From Hyalangium minutum (lineage in GTDB: Bacteria; Myxococcota; Myxococcia; Myxococcales; Myxococcaceae): a stretch of DNA of 64,000 nt. Each line of letters begins with the position of its first letter. Position 1 is the first letter of the stretch. Under the pieces are notes generated by a model. It had not been told where the DNA came from. It was given only the letters and a program-made list of their open reading frames with translations, and did no database searches. Location of the stretch: NCBI RefSeq assembly GCF_000737315.1, contig NZ_JMCB01000005.1, positions 372,001-436,000 on the forward strand, written 5' to 3'. Below are positions 54,734 through 64,000 of this stretch, in pieces. The translations under genes were made by a program, and so were the position numbers.

Positions 54734-55984
54734 GTGGCCTCGCGCACCCTCTCGCTTGCCTACGTGGTTGGCACCGCGTTCCTGCTGGGGACAGTGGGGA
54801 GCGGCTATGTCGTGGCCCGTGACGCTGATGTGCTGGCCCTGCGCCTGCCCACGCGAGTCCTGGCTCCCACGAAGCACACGATCGAGACGCCTCGGGACGC
54901 CGTGGAGCACTTCCAGTGCAACCGGTGCCACGCGGTGCCCGGCCTCGAGCCCGTGTCGGCGCCCTTGGCTGAGAACTGTGTGACGTGTCACCAGGCCATT
55001 ACCGCCGGGCGGCTCGACCTCTGGTATCAGGAGGCGCACGTCGAGAAGTGGAAGCAGCACCTCACGCACCTGGTGAGGACCCCGGATCTTGGCTCGCTCG
55101 GCCAGCGGGTCAAGCGCAGTTGGCTCATTGGCTGGCTTCAGGCGCCGCACGCGGTGAGGCCCCTGTACGGGGCCACGATGCCCAAGCTGAAGATGAGTCC
55201 ACGGGAGGCCGAACTCATCGCCGACTTCCTCGCGGTGACCGAGGAGGAGTCAGGGGAGCCTCCGCGAGGGAATGCGGCGGCCGGGCGAGCGCTCTACGAG
55301 AAGAGCCAGTGCGCCACCTGTCACTACCGCGGGGACTCTCCGCTTGCGTCCCTGCGCTATGGCTCGCCGGAGTTCCTGAGTCCTTCGGCTCGGAGGCGCG
55401 CTCCGGACCTGAAGTATGTGCGCAGCCGCATGTCGCTCTCGCAGCTGCGGAGCTGGCTGGTGGAGCCTCAGCGGATCCTCCCCGATACCGAGATGCCTTC
55501 CTTTTCGTTCACGCCTCAGCAGGTCGAAGATCTGGTGACCTTCCTGAGCGAGCCGCTGCCCGAGACGGGGGCCGTGCCGCGTCCCGCGTACAAGCCCCGC
55601 CTGCTCGGGCGCGAGGTGCACTACCCCGAGGTCGCGGAGAAGCTCTCGCGCCACCTGTGCTTTCACTGTCACTCCGACAGGAACCGGCCGGGTGACCAAG
55701 GGCCAGGCAACACCGGTGGGTTTGGCTACAGCGGCGTCTCGCTCGATCTCGCCACGCGGGAGGGCATCCTCCGGGGCGTCAAGCGCGATGGCCAGTTCCG
55801 AGGGTTCCCGGATCGGCTGGAGGATGGGACGCCTCGGCTGATTGCCAGCCTCCTGGCCCGCCACGTTGAGCTGGACGGGCACTACGGCTCGGCGGTGATG
55901 GGCATGCCCCTGGGCTTCCCTCCCATTCCCGATGAGGAGATCGATCTCATCTCCACGTGGATCGAGCAAGGCGCGCCCGAATAG
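54734..55984 (+). CDS. Multiheme c-type cytochrome (four CxxCH), membrane-anchored
   Basis: CNRCH, CVTCH, CATCH and CFHCH; Met-Pro ligand segments (TMP, EMP, GMP); N-terminal TM helix. Confidence 0.85.
   Translation: MASRTLSLAYVVGTAFLLGTVGSGYVVARDADVLALRLPTRVLAPTKHTIETPRDAVEHFQCNRCHAVPGLEPVSAPLAENCVTCHQAITAGRLDLWYQEAHVEKWKQHLTHLVRTPDLGSLGQRVKRSWLIGWLQAPHAVRPLYGATMPKLKMSPREAELIADFLAVTEEESGEPPRGNAAAGRALYEKSQCATCHYRGDSPLASLRYGSPEFLSPSARRRAPDLKYVRSRMSLSQLRSWLVEPQRILPDTEMPSFSFTPQQVEDLVTFLSEPLPETGAVPRPAYKPRLLGREVHYPEVAEKLSRHLCFHCHSDRNRPGDQGPGNTGGFGYSGVSLDLATREGILRGVKRDGQFRGFPDRLEDGTPRLIASLLARHVELDGHYGSAVMGMPLGFPPIPDEEIDLISTWIEQGAPE
55954..55980 (+). repeat. Left 27-bp direct repeat (3' end of the cytochrome gene)
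   Basis: CACGTGGATCGAGCAAGGCGCGCCCGA followed by ATAG; identical to 58800-58826. Confidence 0.95.
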
Positions 55985-56074
55985 GCGGAGCCTCGGGTCC
56001 CCGGAACCCAGCGAGATGAGGCTGGTGGGAACGCCCCACCAAGTTGGAACGCGTCTCACCGAGTCGGGCGCTGT

Positions 56075-57841
56075 TCAGGGCCAGTAATCCACAGGCCTGC
56101 CGGCGGTGCTGTTGCCTGTTCTCGCGGCACCGTCCTTCAGTTCCTCGGAGCTCATCTCGACGATGAAACAGGCGGGAAGCTCTTCCTGTTGCGGCAACTT
56201 CACTCGGTCATATTTCACGATGATGGAGCCCGGCTTGCCGGTGAGGGTCTTCTCGGGCACGACGTAGACCTTCCCGCCGAAAAACCGCGTCCCTGGGGGC
56301 GCGACCTCGCGCTGCCTGCCGGTCACCCCTTTCGGAACAACGCCGACCACCGTGTCGCCCACGCGATGCCAAACGTCATCGTCCTCACCGTATCGGTCAT
56401 CCATCATCAGGAAAAACTGCTCTGACTCTCGCCAACCCAGCTGCTTTCGCGTTGCGACCGCGCCCTCTGGGCAGGTGAACGGATCAGGCCGGACCTGGGC
56501 TCCGGTGCATCCGGCCGCGATGGCACATCCGACCGTTAGGGCTTTGCGCAGGTCCGAGCCGGGGGAGGTCTTCTGGCGGCGTGCTTGCTTCGGATCTTCG
56601 GGGGGCTGGGTCTTCACGGGTGAACCTTCCTCCTCTTGGGGGACGTATGCCGTCTCTCTCCCGGGCATGGGCTCGGGGGCAGGTGACATATCAGGGGCAG
56701 CCGTCTGGGGCGGCGCGGGCGGGGCGGCACTTGAGAGCGTCGGCACACCGGAACGCATCCAGAGCGTGACGAGAGCGCCGAGCATGACGGCAGTGACCGT
56801 GCCGGCCGCGAGCACCTTCCCCGAGCGGCGAGCGCCGGCAACCGCCCTTTGGCGGAACGCACGCAGACGGCCCCAGCGGCCCGGGTTCCGCTCGACCGGC
56901 TCGCCGACCGGCTCGGGTCTGCGCTGCTCCGAGGGGGGATGTGCGGGCACCCGGTACTCCGCTCCCGGGTGTGCCGCGAGCTCCACCAGCTCGCGGTGAA
57001 GGGCATCGGTATCCACCGGGCGCTTGGCGGGATCGCGTGACAGCAGGTCGTCCACGAGGTCGCCGAGCGCTTCGGGAACGCGAGCGTTCAGACCTCGCGC
57101 GGGTGAAGGCGGGCCGAAGGGGCTGTTCAGCGTCTCCCGCGGGCGTGCCTCTGTCGGCCGCGGATCCGTCAGCAGCTCGTAGAGCATCGCGCCAACGGCG
57201 AAGAGCTCGTCGGCCACCTGGAAGGCGTACCGCGCCCGGTGCTCGTCTCTGTGCTCGCGCAGGAACTTGAACTGCTCGGGCGCGCGGAACCGATCCGTTC
57301 CAGGGGGCAGGCCGCTCTCGGTCAAGTCCGCCGCTTGCGTGTGGGTCGCGCAGCTGAAGTCGATGATGACCGGCTCGCCGTCGCTCTTTCGGATCAGCAC
57401 GTTGGACAGCTTCAGGTCCCGGTGAAGGATGCCCTTGCTGTGCATGTACTTCAGGGCGGAGGCAAGCTTCGCGAAGACGCGCAGGATCTCCTGCAGCGTG
57501 GGGTGCTTCTTTTCCTGCCACTCGCCCAGCGTCCAGCCATCGACGTACTCCAGCGCAATATACATATTGCCCGCTTCGGCGTAGCCATACCCGAGCGGCT
57601 GGATGATGTTTGGGTGGCCCTGTTCCATCAACAGCAGCAGGACCGTCAATTCACGCATCGCCCTCACATGCGTCTGCATGGCGTCGCCGCTGGCATCGCG
57701 GTGCCGTGCCACCTTGAGCGCTCGGAGCTGCTCATCCTTCTGCACCAGGTAGACGACCGCGGAGCCACCGTCGCCGAGTTCCCTCAAGACGTGCCAACCG
57801 TCAATCATGGCGCCAGAAGGCAGCCGGAGAAGGGTGGTCAT
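56075..57841 (-). CDS. Membrane Ser/Thr protein kinase with Pro-rich linker and VirB10-like C-terminal domain
   Basis: GDGGSAVVY, RALK, HRDLKLSN, DFS (in place of DFG) and FRAPE motifs; TM segment at about 56756-56815. The start overlaps the DUF2381 stop. Confidence 0.9.
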   Translation of the reverse strand: MTTLLRLPSGAMIDGWHVLRELGDGGSAVVYLVQKDEQLRALKVARHRDASGDAMQTHVRAMRELTVLLLLMEQGHPNIIQPLGYGYAEAGNMYIALEYVDGWTLGEWQEKKHPTLQEILRVFAKLASALKYMHSKGILHRDLKLSNVLIRKSDGEPVIIDFSCATHTQAADLTESGLPPGTDRFRAPEQFKFLREHRDEHRARYAFQVADELFAVGAMLYELLTDPRPTEARPRETLNSPFGPPSPARGLNARVPEALGDLVDDLLSRDPAKRPVDTDALHRELVELAAHPGAEYRVPAHPPSEQRRPEPVGEPVERNPGRWGRLRAFRQRAVAGARRSGKVLAAGTVTAVMLGALVTLWMRSGVPTLSSAAPPAPPQTAAPDMSPAPEPMPGRETAYVPQEEEGSPVKTQPPEDPKQARRQKTSPGSDLRKALTVGCAIAAGCTGAQVRPDPFTCPEGAVATRKQLGWRESEQFFLMMDDRYGEDDDVWHRVGDTVVGVVPKGVTGRQREVAPPGTRFFGGKVYVVPEKTLTGKPGSIIVKYDRVKLPQQEELPACFIVEMSSEELKDGAARTGNSTAGRPVDYWP

Positions 57842-58704
57842 CGCTTGCCCTCCGCTACGGCGGCCGGGAGTGTCACACTCGGAATCACAAGGCTCCGGCC
57901 GGTGTCGCCGAGTACTTCCAGGGCGAAGACCACGCCGGCACTCGCGGGCGGCTCGTCTGCCACCACAAGCACACCAACGGATTCCCCGGGTGCGATCGTG
58001 TCCCTTGCAGCCGTCACGCGAAGCACACGCAGCGCGACTCCCCCCTTGCCTGTCAACGTCGCACTGCGCGGCGAGAAGGGCGGGAGCCCGGCCCCGTTGC
58101 GTATACCGATGTTAAAGAGCACCCAACCGTTACCGCGATACGACACGCCCGGATACGCGGAGAGTCCGTGCCCATTGTCCGCCACGCGGTCGATGCCCCG
58201 GGTCTGCACACCGCGCGCATCCACGTAACCCATCCGCACGAAGTCTTCGGGCAGGGGGGCTGCGCGCTGCTCTTCGACCGGACAGACTGCCTTCGGCAAC
58301 TCGGGCCGCTTCACGTCGATCCGCGTGTCCACTTCGGCCGCGTCCATGACGAGCACGAACGCGGCCCGAGCGGGCGCCTTCCCATCCGCGAAGAACACCT
58401 CGAGCTCCTGGCGCTCGTCGGCCCGGTAATCGTCCACGGCTTGGACGATGATCGAGCTTTCACCGGCATCCCGAATCCGAATCCGCGACGGATCGACCGT
58501 GATCGTCTTCTTGAGGATCTGCGCGGGGAACCACAGCAGCGTCAGCGTGTCGGGCGAGACGCGGATCTCGGGCAGGGGCCCGGCAGGAGTGCCGGTGACC
58601 GTGACCGTCCGTTCTCGCTTCGCCCGACGCAAGTCCGCCTCGCCTCGCGCGGCGGTGCCCCAGAGGACCAGGAGCGCAAGGGCCAATCTACCAGGTTGTG
58701 GCAA
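57838..58704 (-). CDS. DUF2381-like (myxobacterial paralogous family) exported protein, VirB9/TraN-like
   Basis: AGGAGG precedes the TTG; signal peptide; EIRVSPDTLTLLWFP, EVFFADG..PARAAF.LV and IAPGES..V.V motifs. Family named from memory. Confidence 0.8.
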   Translation of the reverse strand: MPQPGRLALALLVLWGTAARGEADLRRAKRERTVTVTGTPAGPLPEIRVSPDTLTLLWFPAQILKKTITVDPSRIRIRDAGESSIIVQAVDDYRADERQELEVFFADGKAPARAAFVLVMDAAEVDTRIDVKRPELPKAVCPVEEQRAAPLPEDFVRMGYVDARGVQTRGIDRVADNGHGLSAYPGVSYRGNGWVLFNIGIRNGAGLPPFSPRSATLTGKGGVALRVLRVTAARDTIAPGESVGVLVVADEPPASAGVVFALEVLGDTGRSLVIPSVTLPAAVAEGKR

Positions 58705-58799
58705 GGGTGCGTGACCTCCTGGATGGGTACGCTACCATCGCCTACGCCTGTACAGTGCGCCTCAAGTGGAGGGGTCAAGGCGCCGTGCGCCCACCGACA

Positions 58800-58826
58800 C
58801 ACGTGGATCGAGCAAGGCGCGCCCGA
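58800..58826 (+). repeat. Right 27-bp direct repeat (displaced copy of the cytochrome 3' end)
   Basis: Identical to 55954-55980 and followed by GTAG; still reads TWIEQGAPE*. Confidence 0.95.
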
Positions 58827-58828
58827 GT

Positions 58829-58845
58829 AGCCCCGTGACGGGGCT
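58829..58845. terminator. Hairpin directly after the right repeat, before the convergent nucleotidyltransferase stop
   Basis: AGCCCCG-TGA-CGGGGCT, a perfect 7-bp stem with only a 3-nt loop. Confidence 0.55.
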
Positions 58846-59663
58846 CACGCGAGGAGGGCGCGCAGGCTTCCGGACAGGCCGCGCAGGCGGCGCAGCGCGC
58901 CCTCGTGGTCCCCGTCACCGATGTCCTTCCACAGTCCGAGCTGCGCCTCGGCCAGGCCCGCGATGGTGATGGGGTAGGTTGCGGCCTCGGTGACAGCGCC
59001 CTTCTCGTTGATCAAGTAGCGGCCGTTCAATGCAAACAGCACCTGGGCCAGGCAGCTCAGCGCCCGGTAGGCGCACCCCGCGATGTGCGTGCGCTCGCCG
59101 CGCCGGGCCGCGAGCTCGGCATTGCTGATGGCGAAGTCCACCTCCCAGCCGAAGCGGAAGATGAGCTCCTTCTTCAGCGCCTCTGGATAGGGCCACGTCT
59201 GGCCCTTCAGCTCGGCGATGCGGCCGAGCGGATCGAAGAGCGGCTGGCACGTGGCGACCTCTCCCATCCAGATGGCCGAGCAGAAGCCGTGGGGGTGTCC
59301 CGTCTGGTAGTTCATCGAGAAGCGGCCCTGCCGTGCCTCGGCGATGACGTCGCGCACACGGCCCAAGTCCCGGTAGATCAGATCCACCTTGGTGCCGCCA
59401 ATGTGGAGCCAGCCGCCACCGTTGATCCAGGGCCCCCACTCTCCAAACTGCGTCACCGTCTCGGAGGGATCATCGACCACCGGGACGATGGCCGAGCGCA
59501 GTGCCTCGACGTCGAAGGGCGCGTCCGGCTCGTAGTAGATTCCGACGTCGTAGTCGGACAGGGGGCCCGCGGTTCCTCGCGCTCGCGAGCCTCCGAGCAC
59601 GAGTGCGGACACGCCTGGAAGGGGTTGGAGGGCTTCGACTACACGGCTCAGGATGGGGTCCAA
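58845..59663 (-). CDS. Minimal nucleotidyltransferase-domain protein with helical C-terminal domain
   Basis: LGGSRARG....SDYDVGIYY (GS, DxD) and KVDLIYRD (third Asp). Confidence 0.85.
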   Translation of the reverse strand: MDPILSRVVEALQPLPGVSALVLGGSRARGTAGPLSDYDVGIYYEPDAPFDVEALRSAIVPVVDDPSETVTQFGEWGPWINGGGWLHIGGTKVDLIYRDLGRVRDVIAEARQGRFSMNYQTGHPHGFCSAIWMGEVATCQPLFDPLGRIAELKGQTWPYPEALKKELIFRFGWEVDFAISNAELAARRGERTHIAGCAYRALSCLAQVLFALNGRYLINEKGAVTEAATYPITIAGLAEAQLGLWKDIGDGDHEGALRRLRGLSGSLRALLA

Positions 59664-59675
59664 GGGGCTCTCCGA

Positions 59676-60644
59676 TCAGCCGCGCAGGCTCGACAGGTCC
59701 TCGCGCTTGGGCAGGGCAGCATAGGAGCCCGGCCGGGTCACCGTGAAGGCGCCACAGCGCGTGGCGAACTCCAGCGCCTCGCGCAGACGCCCCTCTTCCT
59801 GGGCCCAGGAGGCGAGGGTGCCACGCGACACTTTCGCGTCCACCAGGGCGGAGATGAGACCGCCGATGAAGGCATCTCCCGCCGCCGTGGTGTCGACGAC
59901 CTGGACCGAGGGGGGCTTCACCCGCAGGCGTGTGCGCGCCGTCACCGCCGTCACTGGCTCACCGCCATCGGTGATGACCACCAAGACGGCCCCGGCCGCC
60001 AGCCGCGCCTGGAGGTAGCGCTCCTCTGACTCCGCTCCGCGCAGCAGCTCCAGCTCTTCGCGCGACAACTTGATGAGCTGTGCGCGGTCGAGCAGGGAGT
60101 TGACTCGGACCCGGTCCACGAGATGGTCCGGCCACAGGTTGGCGCGCAGGTTGGCATCCACGCTGACGAGTGCGCCCGCGGCCGCCGCCTTGTCGGCCAC
60201 CGTGATGGTCGTAGCGGTGATGGCCTCCTCCGTCAGCGTGTTCGAGCACAGGTGGAGGATGGAGCTGCCGTCGAACAGTCCCTCGGGCAGGTGCTCGGGA
60301 CGGTAGAGCAGGTCCGCGGAGGGGGGCCGGTAGAAGTCGAAGCGGCGCTCACCCGAGGCATCCCGGGACACGAAGGCCAGGGCCGTCTTCGCTTCCAGGG
60401 TGCGCGCCACGTGGCGCACGTCCACGCCGTGCGAGGCCAGCTCCTCGAGGATGAAGTCCCCGAAGCGGTCGCGCCCCAGCATGCCGATGAACTGGCTCGG
60501 CACGCCCAGGCGTGCGCAGGCCACGGCCACGTTGGCCGGAGCCCCTCCCGCGTAGGGGGTGAAGGTCTCCTGCGCGGTGGAAGAGCCCAGGCGGCTGGAC
60601 AGCATGTCGACCAGGGCTTCTCCGAAGGCGATGAGGCGTGTCAT
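59676..60644 (-). CDS. PfkB family carbohydrate kinase (fructokinase-like)
   Basis: GEALVD, GGAPANVA, DANLR..LW and DTTAAGDAF.GG motifs. Confidence 0.92.
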   Translation of the reverse strand: MTRLIAFGEALVDMLSSRLGSSTAQETFTPYAGGAPANVAVACARLGVPSQFIGMLGRDRFGDFILEELASHGVDVRHVARTLEAKTALAFVSRDASGERRFDFYRPPSADLLYRPEHLPEGLFDGSSILHLCSNTLTEEAITATTITVADKAAAAGALVSVDANLRANLWPDHLVDRVRVNSLLDRAQLIKLSREELELLRGAESEERYLQARLAAGAVLVVITDGGEPVTAVTARTRLRVKPPSVQVVDTTAAGDAFIGGLISALVDAKVSRGTLASWAQEEGRLREALEFATRCGAFTVTRPGSYAALPKREDLSSLRG

Positions 60645-60659
60645 GGGCGTGCCGTCTCC

Positions 60660-62159
60660 TCAGGCCTGGGCTATGGGCGGGGACTCGCGTGCCGGATCGA
60701 GCGACTGGAGCGTGGCCACCACGCCTTGCTCGTCCAGCTGCTTGCGCAGCTTCAGGTACAGCTCCACGAAACCCGGGTGCGCCGGAAGCTTCGAGCCAAC
60801 CACTTCCTTGAGCGACAGGAGCGTCATGGGCGAGGTGCTCTTCATCACCGGCTCGAGCTGGGTGCGCGCGTTGGGCTCGTGGATGGGGTACGCCTCGCCT
60901 TTCTCGTCCTTGCCCTGGAGGTAGCGGTCATAGGCGGCGAGGAGGAACGCGACGCGGTGGTAGGGGCGGCCGCCGTCGAGAATGGCGTGCACGGTGGGCA
61001 GCAGGAAGCCAGGGATCTTCGAGCCTCCGTCGCTGCACAGGCGCGCGAGCTGATCGCTCACGGCGCGGTTGCCAAAGCGCTCGAGCAGCTTGTCCTTATA
61101 TGCGGGGATCTCCAGGCCGGGCAGGGACTTGAGCCACACGCCCGCGTCATGGTCCAGGAAGCCGCGCAGGTAGCTGAAGAAGAGCTTGTCGTGCAGCGCG
61201 TCGTCCACCCTGCGCAGCCCCGAGAGGAACGCGGGGTAGGAGAGCATGGTGTGCGTCGCGTTGAGCAGGCGGATCTTCGCCTCCTCGTAGGGCGACACGT
61301 CCTGCGTGAACATGACGCCCACGGCGTCCCACGCGGGGCGGCCGTTCGGGAAGTGGTCCTCGAGCACCCACTGGATGAAGTCCTCGCAGATGACCGGGGC
61401 GCTGTCGTCCACCTGGGTCAGCTCGCGCAGCTTCTTCCGGGCGGCGTCGTCCGTGGCGGGAGTGATGCGGTCCACCATGCCGTTGGGGAAGGCCACCTCG
61501 CGCTCGATCCACGCGGCGAGCTCGGGGTCACGCGCCTTGGCGAACGACACCAGCGCGCGCCGGGCCTGGTCGCCGTTGTGGCGCAGGTTGTCGCAGGACA
61601 GCACCGTGAAGGGCTTGATGCCCGCCTTGCGGCGCCGGGCCAGCGCCTCCACGAGGTAGCCGAACGCGCCCTGGGGCGAGCTGGGATGCTGAAGGTCGTG
61701 CGCGACGGTGGGGTGCTTCAGGTTGAAGGCGCCGTGCTCATCGAGCAGGTAGCCGCCCTCGGTGATGGTCAGCGACACGATGCGGATGTCCGGGTGGCTG
61801 AGCTTGTCGAGCACCGCTGCCGGGTTCTCCGGCGCGTAGAGGTACTCCACCATGCACTCGACGACGCGCGACACGTGCGAGCCGTCCGGCGCCATCTCGC
61901 TCACGGTGTACAGGCCGTTCTGCTTCTTCATGGCCGCGGCCATGGCGGCGTCCTGGGGCAGCAGGTTGATGCCGCAGATGCCCCAACCCTCCTGGCCGGG
62001 CCGCGCGAGGGCGCGGTCGGTGTAGATGGCCTCGTGCGCACGATGGAAGCCTCCCACGCCGATGTGGGCGATGCCGGCGCGCACCTTGCTCCGGTCATAG
62101 CCGGAGCGGATGACGGTGGAGGGCAGGCTCGAGAGGTGCGCCTGATCAAGGGTGTGCAT
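60660..62159 (-). CDS. Mannitol 2-dehydrogenase (long-chain)
   Basis: HIGVGGFHRAHEA, SLTITEGGY, LSCDNL, FPNGMVDRITP and KIRLLNATH motifs. Confidence 0.92.
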   Translation of the reverse strand: MHTLDQAHLSSLPSTVIRSGYDRSKVRAGIAHIGVGGFHRAHEAIYTDRALARPGQEGWGICGINLLPQDAAMAAAMKKQNGLYTVSEMAPDGSHVSRVVECMVEYLYAPENPAAVLDKLSHPDIRIVSLTITEGGYLLDEHGAFNLKHPTVAHDLQHPSSPQGAFGYLVEALARRRKAGIKPFTVLSCDNLRHNGDQARRALVSFAKARDPELAAWIEREVAFPNGMVDRITPATDDAARKKLRELTQVDDSAPVICEDFIQWVLEDHFPNGRPAWDAVGVMFTQDVSPYEEAKIRLLNATHTMLSYPAFLSGLRRVDDALHDKLFFSYLRGFLDHDAGVWLKSLPGLEIPAYKDKLLERFGNRAVSDQLARLCSDGGSKIPGFLLPTVHAILDGGRPYHRVAFLLAAYDRYLQGKDEKGEAYPIHEPNARTQLEPVMKSTSPMTLLSLKEVVGSKLPAHPGFVELYLKLRKQLDEQGVVATLQSLDPARESPPIAQA

Positions 62160-62174
62160 GGAGCAGCGGAGTCC

Positions 62175-63257
<1,083 letters not shown>

Positions 63258-63269
63258 GGACGTGTTCCG

Positions 63270-63998
<729 letters not shown>

Positions 63999-64000
63999 GA

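Larger units (their letters stand above)
55985..58799. mobile_element. Putative non-autonomous integrated cassette (Ser/Thr kinase plus DUF2381-like gene)
   Basis: Bounded by 27-bp direct repeats that duplicate a host gene end; parts are AT-richer; no recombinase is encoded inside. Confidence 0.65.

Noticed and set aside
55985-56074. Integron attC site after the kinase cassette
   Set aside because: Several small hairpins are present, but there is no convincing RYYYAAC/GTTRRRY pair and no integrase in the window.

Overview
High-GC (roughly 70%) bacterial chromosome window with a typical myxobacterial gene inventory (Cystobacterineae-like; taxon inferred from gene content only). It runs from a 5'-truncated giant TPR protein, through queC and a D-Ala-D-Ala dipeptidase, to a set of exported hydrolases (S8, M13 and M28 peptidases, endonuclease I, a thiaminase I-like lipoprotein). 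It also holds an MTA/5'-deoxyadenosine salvage cluster (mtnP, mtnA, class II aldolase) linked to fabH, a LysR regulator and phenylalanine hydroxylase, plus ampG, a six-gene glycerol-type ABC transporter, two paralogous surface lipoproteins, a four-heme cytochrome and a mannitol operon cut by the right edge. No tRNA, rRNA, CRISPR array, transposase or integrase was seen. Most notable is a 2.8-kb two-gene cassette (DUF2381-like protein plus membrane Ser/Thr kinase) between 27-bp direct repeats that duplicate the 3' end of the cytochrome gene. The kinase's C-terminal domain resembles the VirB10/TrbI beta-barrel and its partner resembles VirB9/TraN, which suggests a type IV secretion core module reused for trans-envelope signalling. 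Second is a low-GC lipoprotein pair, one with a JAB/MPN+-like metal motif. Family assignments rest on motifs read by eye and on recalled family sequences; no database search was run.
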